Part shown: positions 40,751 through 49,517 of the stretch, in pieces
Numbering within the stretch: position 1 is the first letter of the stretch
Layout: every line of letters starts with the position of its first letter
Assembly (NCBI GenBank): GCA_965205025.1
Contig: CBDBFU010000030.1
Span: 9,338 to 73,337 of the forward strand
Length of the DNA: 64,000 nt
Direction of reading: 5' to 3'
DNA from: Candidatus Poribacteria bacterium
GTDB lineage: Bacteria > Poribacteria > WGA-4E > WGA-3G
Translations under genes and position numbers: made by a program
The notes under the pieces: generated by a model
What the model saw: the letters and a program-made list of their open reading frames with translations, nothing else
Databases searched by the model: none
What the model was told of the DNA's origin: nothing

Positions 40751-41920
40751 ATGGCAGAACGAATTAAAATGGGTTTAGTCGGTTGTGGTGGTATGTCCGG
40801 CGCACATATGAACGGGTATCGTGAGTTATGGAACAATGACCTAAAGGAATACGATATTGTCGCAGCATGTGATATAGATAAGAATAGAGCAGAAGAACGT
40901 GCAAATCAAGCACATGAGTTTCAAGGTGGAACAAAGCCATCTGTTTATACTGAAATTGATGAAATGCTTGATAAACATCCTGATATGGATTGTATAGATA
41001 TCTGTGCGCTTCATAGTGCTCATCATGTTCTTGCTGTACCAGCACTTGAAGCAGGTAAACATGTCATCTTAGAAAAACCTTTTGGTATTACGATGCGCGC
41101 TTGTAAAATAATGATGGAGGCGGCCGAACGGAACAATAGGATTATATCGGTTGCTGAAAATTATCGTTTAGGACATATGGAACGGACCCGTAGTTGGGTA
41201 ATTGCCCAAGGACGTATCGGTGACCCTCGTATGTTCTTCTGGATTGATGTAGGCGAGGCATTAGGTAAATGGGGTTGGCGGAATTTCAAAATGGATGCAG
41301 GTGGTGGATGGGCATTAGATGGTGGGGTGCATTTTACTGATCTAATGCGTTATATCCTTGGCTTGGAAGCAGAAGAGGTCTATGCTATAAATAAGGCTTA
41401 TGAACCCTATCGTTACGATAATCCTGGAGCACGTGAAGGCGGTTATTCTGTTGATGTAGAAGACGCAATGATATCTACGATTAAGTTTGAACAAGGTGTT
41501 ACTGCCCAATGGACATGGGTTGGTTCCGCACCTGCACACGGTTTCGGACAAAAGGTTATTTACGGGAGCGAAGGAGCACTTGATTGGGGAAGAGGGTTAG
41601 TTCCACGCGGTGGTGAACCAATTTCTAATGATGATTTAAGGAAGGAATTCAGTGATAGTTTAACTGATGAGGAAAGGGAATATTTTTTTCCTTCAGGAAT
41701 CGGAAATTCGGTTGCAATTGAACTAAAATACTTCGCTGATGCAATCAAAACTGGTGGAAAACCAGAGGTGGATGCAGTGGAAGGGATGAAGTCTGAAGCA
41801 ATCTGTATGGCAGCCTATGAATCTGGTTATTTCGGACGACCTGTAACAATCGCTGAGATCGAAAGTTGTGAGTTGGAAGGTTATCAGAAGGAAATCAATG
41901 ATAAGTTAGGTATAGAATAA
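40751..41920 (+). CDS. Gfo/Idh/MocA family oxidoreductase
   Basis: GLVGCGGMS, EKPF, GGGWALDGGVH; RBS AAGGAGG. Confidence 0.9.
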   Translation: MAERIKMGLVGCGGMSGAHMNGYRELWNNDLKEYDIVAACDIDKNRAEERANQAHEFQGGTKPSVYTEIDEMLDKHPDMDCIDICALHSAHHVLAVPALEAGKHVILEKPFGITMRACKIMMEAAERNNRIISVAENYRLGHMERTRSWVIAQGRIGDPRMFFWIDVGEALGKWGWRNFKMDAGGGWALDGGVHFTDLMRYILGLEAEEVYAINKAYEPYRYDNPGAREGGYSVDVEDAMISTIKFEQGVTAQWTWVGSAPAHGFGQKVIYGSEGALDWGRGLVPRGGEPISNDDLRKEFSDSLTDEEREYFFPSGIGNSVAIELKYFADAIKTGGKPEVDAVEGMKSEAICMAAYESGYFGRPVTIAEIESCELEGYQKEINDKLGIE

Positions 41921-41997
41921 GTTTTCCGATTTCTTGACACCTAAATTGTCATTTCTATATTTAGCTAACAATCTCATATAAGAGAATAGCAAATTCG

Positions 41998-42032
41998 ATA
42001 GATAGGCGCGCTATCTTAGCGCGCCTATCTAT
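41998..42032. repeat. Perfect palindromic hairpin (terminator or REP-like)
   Basis: ATAGATAGGCGCGCTA-TCT-TAGCGCGCCTATCTAT. Confidence 0.65.
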
Positions 42033-42128
42033 TAGAGTTTACTGTTAATTTTCTTCTATAATTCTTACTTAAACTACGGTCAAATCTAAGAATATACATA
42101 TATTAAACAAAGCTATAAGGAGACTTGC

Positions 42129-42824
42129 GTGAGGATGGTTGTATCGCAATTATCTCTATTCGGGATAATTGCTGCTATTTTCATGTTATCTTTTTCTGAG
42201 AATATATACGCTTTCGAAGAAAGAAACATAATTTCAAATCAACAAAGGATAGGACGAAGTCCAAAGAAACTTCTCGGTAGACGAAAAGGGTTTGTTTTTG
42301 GAATTGGTGCAGGTGTTGGGAATGTCACATATACCGCTCCTCTTGCGAGGTATTGGGGGAGTAGCTATACAGGCAATTGGCCAGATCCACGGGAGATTAG
42401 ATCAGCATTTGTAACTGAATTAAAAGTTGGTCATGGTTTTTCAGACCAATTTCTTCTATATTATTCAAGTCGTATCACATGGTTGCCATTGTCAAATCTC
42501 TACAACGATACAATGATTGTTAATGGAATGGCTGGTTTGGGAATGATGCTTTATCCGTTGCGAAGTGCAGATTTTTATCTGGTTGGATCTACAGGACTTG
42601 CTGTGTTGACAACATATCAACCACCATTCAGATTAGAAAGGGCAAGACAGACTGGACTTGCGGTATCGTGCGGATTAGGTTATGAGCTTTTGCCACAACT
42701 TACAATTGATTTTTCCGTATATTTTGGCAATGCAAAAAATACACAATTTGATGTAGAGAACAATATAACCCTTACAGATGAGATAGTCACTTATCTGTTG
42801 ACTGTAAACCTACTTGCTTATTAG
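42129..42824 (+). CDS. Outer-membrane beta-barrel-like protein
   Basis: Signal peptide; alternating beta-strand pattern; terminal aromatic residue (LAY). Confidence 0.6.
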   Translation: MRMVVSQLSLFGIIAAIFMLSFSENIYAFEERNIISNQQRIGRSPKKLLGRRKGFVFGIGAGVGNVTYTAPLARYWGSSYTGNWPDPREIRSAFVTELKVGHGFSDQFLLYYSSRITWLPLSNLYNDTMIVNGMAGLGMMLYPLRSADFYLVGSTGLAVLTTYQPPFRLERARQTGLAVSCGLGYELLPQLTIDFSVYFGNAKNTQFDVENNITLTDEIVTYLLTVNLLAY

Positions 42825-42837
42825 ACATCCGAAAATA

Positions 42838-43482
42838 ATGTCCGATTTCAAGACACATACTTTTATACTAATACTGTTTTCAATAATTGTAATCACATTT
42901 GTTAGTGGCTGTGGAGACTTAAGCGATGAGGAGAAAATTGATCGAATCCGATTCACTGAATTTTTACTGTTTCCTACAGCTCCCTATATAGATCAATCTT
43001 ACATTGAGGTAGAATCAGAAGGTGATGTGTCATCTATCGAAATTGATGCTGCTGTAGAAATTCAAGCTATTCAAGAGGTTTATAATGCCTTCATTAATGC
43101 TTATGTACAAGAAGATATGGCAGAACTTATTAACACACTGGATACTGCAGCAGGAATGGAGTACGGTACTTCAAGTGTCATTATTCACGGATGGAACAAT
43201 ATTAAGAACTATATTGAGGTTAATTGGACTGGACAATGGGGAACAGATTGTATAGCTGATCCAAATTCACAACTCACAGATTTTCATATTCGTCCAAAAA
43301 ATGTCAAAGTTCCCTGGATGGAAGCAAGTGCTAAAGGACCAATGTTCTATTACCATCCAGATAGACCAGTATGTTATCAGGATATAGGAGAATATTACTT
43401 TACAAAAAAGTCAGGAAACTGGCGGATTCACCAGGTTGACGGTTCAAAGTTTTTCACCGACTCAAGATACAAAGTTCCATAG
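42838..43482 (+). CDS. Lipoprotein with NTF2-like domain
   Basis: Lipobox VSGC; 'IQEVYNAFINAY..ED' and 'K.SGNWRIHQ' NTF2/SnoaL pattern. Confidence 0.6.
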   Translation: MSDFKTHTFILILFSIIVITFVSGCGDLSDEEKIDRIRFTEFLLFPTAPYIDQSYIEVESEGDVSSIEIDAAVEIQAIQEVYNAFINAYVQEDMAELINTLDTAAGMEYGTSSVIIHGWNNIKNYIEVNWTGQWGTDCIADPNSQLTDFHIRPKNVKVPWMEASAKGPMFYYHPDRPVCYQDIGEYYFTKKSGNWRIHQVDGSKFFTDSRYKVP

Positions 43483-43527
43483 TGATTAGTAATTACAAAG
43501 TAAGCGTAATCCATAAGGAAAAAGACA

Positions 43528-44880
43528 ATGTCAAAATCTACAGATATACAGATTGTTGATGTTCAGTTTGAATTCGAAGAGCATCAATATAGAACACCTC
43601 TCAAATTCGGAGGTGTTCCTACAGATCATTGTATTCTCTTTAATGTCAGTCTACAAGTGCAGACTCGCGATGGTAAAGAGGCACAAGGAAAAGGTTCTAT
43701 GCCACTTGGGAATGTTTGGGCATTTCCACCACGATACGTTCCGTTTGATCAAAGTCTCAATGCAATGATAAGACTTGCAGAATTAGCAGTAGACAACACA
43801 CTTGAATGCACACTATGTGCACACCCGCTTGAACTCTCCGATGAACTTGAACCAATCTTTTTACAAACAGCGGCTGATTTGTCGGAGTCAATGCAGCTTG
43901 CAACACCAATACCTAAGCTTTGTACTGTTGTAACTACGAGTCCTATTGATGCTGCGATACACGATGCTTTTGGAAAAGCAAATGGCATTAACAGTTACAA
44001 CGGATTGGATATGGATTACATTCAATCAGATTTATCACACTTCTTAAATGAAGAATTTTCAGGCAAATATCTTGATCAGTATACAACGCGACATCCAAAA
44101 CCTAATATGCCGATTTATCACCTTGTAGGTGCTTTGGATCCACTTACAGAAGCAGATATTGACGAACGACTTGACGATGGTCTGCCAGAGACACTACCAG
44201 AATGGATTCAAGCCGACGGCTTGACGCATCTGAAGATTAAGTTAAATGGAGATGATTTGGAGTGGGATGTTGCCCGTGTTCTGGCGATTGATCAAGTGAC
44301 TGCAGAAACACAAGCCAAAAGAGGGGTTCAAACATGGAATTATTCTGCTGACTTTAACGAGACATGTAAGGATGTGGAGTATCTACTGGATTTCCTTAAT
44401 CGGATACAAGAGACAGAAGCACAAGCCTTTGAACGACTTGCATATATCGAACAACCTACTGATCGCGATCTGGAGTCTCATCCTGAAAACAAAATGCATA
44501 AAGCTGCAGAAATTAAACCTGTTGTAATAGACGAATCTTTGACTGATTTTGAAACACTATTATTGGCACGTGATCAAGGATATTCCGGTGTTGCACTTAA
44601 GGCATGTAAAGGGCAATCACAAGCACTTCTGATGGGGGCAGCTGCACAGGAATTCGATATGTTTTTGGCGGTCCAAGATTTGACTTGTCCGGGTGCTTCT
44701 TTCCTACATTCTGCTGGACTTGCCGCGCGTATACGCGGGGTGACTGCTATTGAAGGAAATGCACGTCAATTTTGTCCGGGTGCGAATGATGAGTGGAAAG
44801 AGGAATACCCATCAATTTTTAATATCAATGATGGCACTGTAGGGACACAAATACTCACCGGTCCAGGACTGGGTCATTAA
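43528..44880 (+). CDS. Enolase superfamily (mandelate racemase-like) enzyme
   Basis: DAAIHDA, KIKL, DFNE, IEQP, IDES, GPGLG. Confidence 0.82.
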   Translation: MSKSTDIQIVDVQFEFEEHQYRTPLKFGGVPTDHCILFNVSLQVQTRDGKEAQGKGSMPLGNVWAFPPRYVPFDQSLNAMIRLAELAVDNTLECTLCAHPLELSDELEPIFLQTAADLSESMQLATPIPKLCTVVTTSPIDAAIHDAFGKANGINSYNGLDMDYIQSDLSHFLNEEFSGKYLDQYTTRHPKPNMPIYHLVGALDPLTEADIDERLDDGLPETLPEWIQADGLTHLKIKLNGDDLEWDVARVLAIDQVTAETQAKRGVQTWNYSADFNETCKDVEYLLDFLNRIQETEAQAFERLAYIEQPTDRDLESHPENKMHKAAEIKPVVIDESLTDFETLLLARDQGYSGVALKACKGQSQALLMGAAAQEFDMFLAVQDLTCPGASFLHSAGLAARIRGVTAIEGNARQFCPGANDEWKEEYPSIFNINDGTVGTQILTGPGLGH

Positions 44881-44887
44881 CATTTTC

Positions 44888-45058
44888 CGATATCGTGCCA
44901 AACGAAAGCATACACAAGCATCACAGGCACGGCTCCAACTCGCAGGTTGGAATATCTACATTACAAATTTTGGAACGGATCAACTTACTGCTGAACAGAT
45001 ATGTGTCATTGCGCGGATTCAATGGCAGATCGAATTGATATCTAAACAATGAAAATAC
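44888..45058 (+). pseudogene. IS4-family transposase fragment
   Basis: Manual translation: RYRAKRK...GWNIYITN...LTAEQICVIARIQWQIELISKQ*K, a degenerate YREK (R-W-Q-I-E..K) region. Confidence 0.7.
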
Positions 45059-45133
45059 TTGCATCTTTTAACATATTTGATATAATCAAATTAGTAAATA
45101 CAGTTTAATAAATATCAAGTATGAAAGGAGATT

Positions 45134-46018
45134 TTGCCTATGCAAGCATTTGAATACATTGATGCTAAAACGGTATCAGAAGCAATCACATTGCTTGGTG
45201 AAAAAGGTGACAAAGCCGGACTGCTCTCTGGTGGGACGGACCTTATTGTACAAGCAAGGGAAGGTAAAAAGAATTTAGAATGGATTATAGATATAAAATC
45301 CATACCCGAAGTCAACGAATTAACCTATGACTCGAACTCTGGATTAACACTTGGTGCAGCGGTACCGTGTTATCAAATCTATGCTGTTGATACAATTTGT
45401 GATGCTTATCCCAGTTTAATAGACGCAACCAAAATTATTGGTGGTACTGCTATTCAAGGACGCGCGGGTATAGGAGGAAACTTATGTAATGCCTCACCTG
45501 CAGCAGATGGTATCCCACCCCTGATCGTATTAAACGCTACTTGTGTAATCGCCGGTCCAAACGGTGAACGTGAATTAGCAGTTGAAGATTTCTGTACTGC
45601 TCCTGGACAAACTGCACTTGAAAAAGGTGAAATGCTTGTTTCTCTAAAGATTCCTGCACCACCAAAGAATTCCAGTTCCTTCTATCTCAGATTTATACCA
45701 CGTAATGAGATGGACATTGCTGTTGTTGGTGCTGGTGCATCTGTCGTATTAGATGAAACAAAACAACGTATTGTTTCTGCGCGTATTGCTCTTGCTGCTG
45801 TTGCTCCCACACCTTTATTTGCTGAAGAAGCCAGCTTACTCCTTGCAGACAAAGAGGTATCAGAGGATGTAATTGAGGAAGCCGCACAAGCCGCACAATC
45901 TATCGCACGTCCAATTAGCGATATGCGAGGAACTGCAGAACAACGCACACACCTTGTCGGTGTATTGACTCGGCGCGCTCTCAACGGAGCAATCCAAAGA
46001 GTAATAGACGCTGCGTAA
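45134..46018 (+). CDS. Xanthine dehydrogenase/CODH family FAD-binding subunit (CoxM-like)
   Basis: LSGGTDL, GGNLCNASPAAD, PISDMRG. Confidence 0.93.
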   Translation: MPMQAFEYIDAKTVSEAITLLGEKGDKAGLLSGGTDLIVQAREGKKNLEWIIDIKSIPEVNELTYDSNSGLTLGAAVPCYQIYAVDTICDAYPSLIDATKIIGGTAIQGRAGIGGNLCNASPAADGIPPLIVLNATCVIAGPNGERELAVEDFCTAPGQTALEKGEMLVSLKIPAPPKNSSSFYLRFIPRNEMDIAVVGAGASVVLDETKQRIVSARIALAAVAPTPLFAEEASLLLADKEVSEDVIEEAAQAAQSIARPISDMRGTAEQRTHLVGVLTRRALNGAIQRVIDAA

Positions 46019-46115
46019 TAAACATTTCACTGAAATATCTCAAGAAATTGAAAACTCAAAATCTATCTGAAGGAATACTTACCGGTCTTACAAAACGCGA
46101 AAGGAAATCAAAATT

Positions 46116-46589
46116 ATGGCGAAAAAATCGCACGTTCAAACCACAATCAACGGCGAATCGGTGGAATTCCTCTGTGAACCACGGCAAAGTCTACTCGAAG
46201 TACTCAGAGATGAACTCCACCTCACTGGTGCAAAAGAGGGATGTAATAACGGGAATTGTGGTGCATGTAGTGTCATTCTCGATGGCAGACTTGTCAATTC
46301 ATGCCTTGTTCTTGGCGTCGAAATTGAAGGACAATCTGTTGAAACTATTGAAGGTCTCGCGGAACCTGACAAACTACATCCAATTCAAGATGCTTTCCTC
46401 GAAAACGCAGCGCTTCAGTGTGGTATCTGCACTCCCGGTTTCATATTGAGTGCAAAAGCCTTACTTGACAACAATCCTAACCCAACTGAGCATGAAGTTC
46501 GATACTGGTTGGCTGGTAATTTATGCCGCTGTACCGGTTATGATAAAATCGTACGTGCTGTACTTGATGCAGCCGAAGCTACAGAATAG
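46116..46589 (+). CDS. Xanthine dehydrogenase/CODH family 2Fe-2S subunit (CoxS-like)
   Basis: GC..G.CGAC, QCGICTPG, CRCTGY. Confidence 0.95.
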   Translation: MAKKSHVQTTINGESVEFLCEPRQSLLEVLRDELHLTGAKEGCNNGNCGACSVILDGRLVNSCLVLGVEIEGQSVETIEGLAEPDKLHPIQDAFLENAALQCGICTPGFILSAKALLDNNPNPTEHEVRYWLAGNLCRCTGYDKIVRAVLDAAEATE

Positions 46590-46598
46590 GAGCTCCTT

Positions 46599-48854
46599 AT
46601 GACTGAAAACAAAGATTATAAAGTTATCGGAACCCGTCCCATCCGTCACGACGGTGTAGACAAAGTCACCGGTAGGGCGATATATGGGGCGGATTTTCAG
46701 ATCACTGGACTCCTGCACGGTAGAGTGCTCCGGAGTCCACACGCACACGCAAACATTCTTTCAATTGACACATCACGTGCTGAAGCACTTCCCGGTGTGA
46801 AAGGTATCGTCACAGCAAGTGATTTACCTGCTGCTGAAGACAAAATGACGGATCTCGGTGAAGGTGCTGTTAGTCTAAAATACCTCTGTGATAACATTTT
46901 AGCCAGCGACAAAGCACTTTATAGAGGTCATGCCATTGCTGCTGTCGCTGCGACAAGTCCACATATTGCCGAAGAAGCCTGCCAACTCATTGATGTTGAC
47001 TATGAAGTTCTCACTCCTGTCATGGAGGTGCGTCAAGCAATGGAATCAGACGCTCCTTTACTGCACGAAGGGCTAAAAACATCATCACTCGGTGAAACAT
47101 CCGAAGAATCCAGTAATGTTGCAAGCCATATCCAACATAAAAAAGGTGATATTGATAAAGGATTTGCTGACGCAGATATCGTTATAGAACGTGAATTTGT
47201 TACGGGTACAGTTCATCAAGGTTATATTGAACCTCATAATGCAACTGCACATTACAATCAAGATGGTCACTTAACAGTCTGGTGTAGTACACAAGGTGCA
47301 TTTACTGTACGAGAACAGCTTGCTGAAATTCTTCAATATCCAATTTCAAAAATCAAGGTTGTTCCGTTGGAAATTGGCGGTGGATTCGGTGGTAAAATTA
47401 ACGTATACATCAAACCTGTTGCTGCCCTACTTGCAAAGAAAACGGGGAAACCTGTTAAAGTGCTCATGAACCGCGCAGATGTGTTTGAAGGTACAGGTCC
47501 TACACCCGCCTCATTTATCACAGTTAAAATGGGGGCTACGAAAGATGGAAAAATCACCGCAGCCCAAACATCTATGGCTTTTGAAGCAGGCGCATATCCC
47601 GGTTCACCTGTTGGTGCTGGAGCAATGTGTATTTTCGCTCCTTACAACATTGATAACGTCCTCATTGATGGCTACGATGTTGTTGTTAACAAACCGAAAA
47701 GTGCTCCCTACCGTGCACCGGGTGCTACCAATGCAGCGTTCGGTTCAGAAACCGTGATTGACGAACTTGCTGAAGAACTAAATATTGATGCGTTGGAGCT
47801 TCGTCTTATGAACGGTGCAAAAGAGGGAGACCATCGCGCAGATGGACCTGTTTATCCCCGTATCGGTTTCATTGAAACACTGGAAGCAGCGAAGGAACAT
47901 CCACATTATAGTTCCGAAAACGGTAAAAAACATCACGGTCGTGGAATCGCTTCTGGGTTCTGGTTTAATATCGGTTTAGAATCAAGTGTTACAATTAACG
48001 TCAATCCTGATGGCACTATAAACCTTGTGGAAGGTTCCACAGATATAGGTGGCACCCGTGCATCCATTGCCATGCAGGCAGCCGAGGTATTGGGTATTCC
48101 TGCGGAATCCGTGAACCCCTCCGTGGTTGACACGAATTCTATCGGTTATACTGCTGTAACAGGTGGTAGTCGAACAACCTTCGCTACCGGTTATGCTGCC
48201 TATGAAGCTGCACAAGATGTTAAAAATCAGATGATCGAACGCGCAGCAAAACTTTGGGATGTTGATGAAGCTAACGTCCAGTTTGCTGATGGAGAATTCT
48301 CCAGTATCAACGGCAAAGAGGAACAGATTAGTTTCCGAGATCTCTCAGCAAGACTCAGTGAAACTGGCGGTCCTGTTGTCGGCAGAGCCGCAGTGGATCC
48401 TCCTGGTGCTGGCGGTGCATTTGCTACGCATGTTGTTGATGTTGAAGTAGATGTTGAAACGGGTAAAGTTGAAATACTACGATATACCGCAACACAAGAT
48501 GCAGGAAAAGCGATACATCCGAGTTACGTTGAAGGACAGATCCAAGGGGGTGTGGTACAAGGTATCGGTTGGGCATTAAACGAAGAGTACATTTATAATG
48601 AAGAAGGAACAATGACCAATGCAAGTTTCCTTGATTACCGCATGCCAACCTGTTTAGATCTACCCATGATTGATGCAGTTATCGTAGAAGTGCCTAACCC
48701 AGGACATCCCTATGGTGTACGCGGTGTAGGAGAAGTTCCGATTGTTCCCCCTCCTGCTGCAATTGCTAACGCTATTTACGATGCTGTTGGTGTAAGGATG
48801 GATGAACTTCCCATGTCGCCTGATCGACTCTTAAAAGCAATGGGTAAAATCTAA
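46599..48854 (+). CDS. Xanthine dehydrogenase family molybdopterin-binding subunit
   Basis: GGGFGGK, YRAPG, GGSR, GVRGVGE. Confidence 0.93.
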   Translation: MTENKDYKVIGTRPIRHDGVDKVTGRAIYGADFQITGLLHGRVLRSPHAHANILSIDTSRAEALPGVKGIVTASDLPAAEDKMTDLGEGAVSLKYLCDNILASDKALYRGHAIAAVAATSPHIAEEACQLIDVDYEVLTPVMEVRQAMESDAPLLHEGLKTSSLGETSEESSNVASHIQHKKGDIDKGFADADIVIEREFVTGTVHQGYIEPHNATAHYNQDGHLTVWCSTQGAFTVREQLAEILQYPISKIKVVPLEIGGGFGGKINVYIKPVAALLAKKTGKPVKVLMNRADVFEGTGPTPASFITVKMGATKDGKITAAQTSMAFEAGAYPGSPVGAGAMCIFAPYNIDNVLIDGYDVVVNKPKSAPYRAPGATNAAFGSETVIDELAEELNIDALELRLMNGAKEGDHRADGPVYPRIGFIETLEAAKEHPHYSSENGKKHHGRGIASGFWFNIGLESSVTINVNPDGTINLVEGSTDIGGTRASIAMQAAEVLGIPAESVNPSVVDTNSIGYTAVTGGSRTTFATGYAAYEAAQDVKNQMIERAAKLWDVDEANVQFADGEFSSINGKEEQISFRDLSARLSETGGPVVGRAAVDPPGAGGAFATHVVDVEVDVETGKVEILRYTATQDAGKAIHPSYVEGQIQGGVVQGIGWALNEEYIYNEEGTMTNASFLDYRMPTCLDLPMIDAVIVEVPNPGHPYGVRGVGEVPIVPPPAAIANAIYDAVGVRMDELPMSPDRLLKAMGKI

Positions 48855-48896
48855 ATCCAATTATAGTAAACTTTAGATATAATTAGACACTTTACT

Positions 48897-48940
48897 TGTA
48901 GGAGCGACCTCCCGGTCGCGACCAGGAGGTCGCTCCTACA
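48897..48940. repeat. GTAG-REP perfect hairpin
   Basis: TGTAGGAGCGACCTCC-cggtcgcgacca-GGAGGTCGCTCCTACA. Confidence 0.85.
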
Positions 48941-49048
48941 GAAGAGGTGTGAGACGCGAACATAAGTTGAGCTAATAGAAAATGTAGTATTAATTTTACT
49001 ACTAAGGCGAGGCACAACACCTCGCCTTTTCATTAAGAGATATCCACC

Positions 49049-49345
49049 ATGCCTGTTGTTGGTATTCCTGCCCTCATGCGAAACCTGACTGATGGTGAAG
49101 ACAGTGTCACTGTCTCAGGCAGCACTATCCGAGAAGTCATTGAAAACTTGGATAAACGTTATCCCGGAACAAAAGATAAACTCTGTGATGGGGATCGTAT
49201 CCGTCCCGGTATCGCTATTTATGTAAACGGTATCCTCATCCGTGCGAATCTGCGTTCACAGATTGATGCTGACGCAGAACTCCACTTCCTTCCTGCCATC
49301 AGCGGTGGTATTTCATCAAATACTGAAGAACTTGATAAAAGATAA
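49049..49345 (+). CDS. MoaD/ThiS family ubiquitin-like sulfur carrier with C-terminal extension
   Basis: TIREVIENLD.RYPG, IYVNG, LPAISGG followed by 11 extra residues. Confidence 0.85.
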   Translation: MPVVGIPALMRNLTDGEDSVTVSGSTIREVIENLDKRYPGTKDKLCDGDRIRPGIAIYVNGILIRANLRSQIDADAELHFLPAISGGISSNTEELDKR

Positions 49346-49384
49346 CCTTGAAAATTCATAAACCTTGAGAATACCTAATCAAAG

Positions 49385-49497
49385 AACACATTTCTATAGA
49401 TGTTTATCCCATTAAGAGTTGTTATGCATGTCTTGAAATACTGCACAAACTGGAAGTTTATGCTACATTAAAGAGACTTTTCTTATTATAAATGGTA
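49385..49497. mobile_element. MITE family B copy, inverted relative to 16967 and with a degenerate left end
   Basis: Shares atgtttatccca, cttgaaatactgcacaaact and gctacattaaagaga with the reverse complement of 16967-17091; ends AAATGGTA-TAA. Confidence 0.75.
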
Positions 49498-49517
49498 TAA
49501 GTACAGACAGACACAAT

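Noticed and set aside
46048-46449. 133-aa ORF overlapping the 2Fe-2S subunit
   Set aside because: Alternative frame of a clearly identified gene, with no motifs.
46599-48854. Aerobic CO dehydrogenase (coxL form I)
   Set aside because: The active-site loop is PYRAPG, lacking the AYxCSFR signature.
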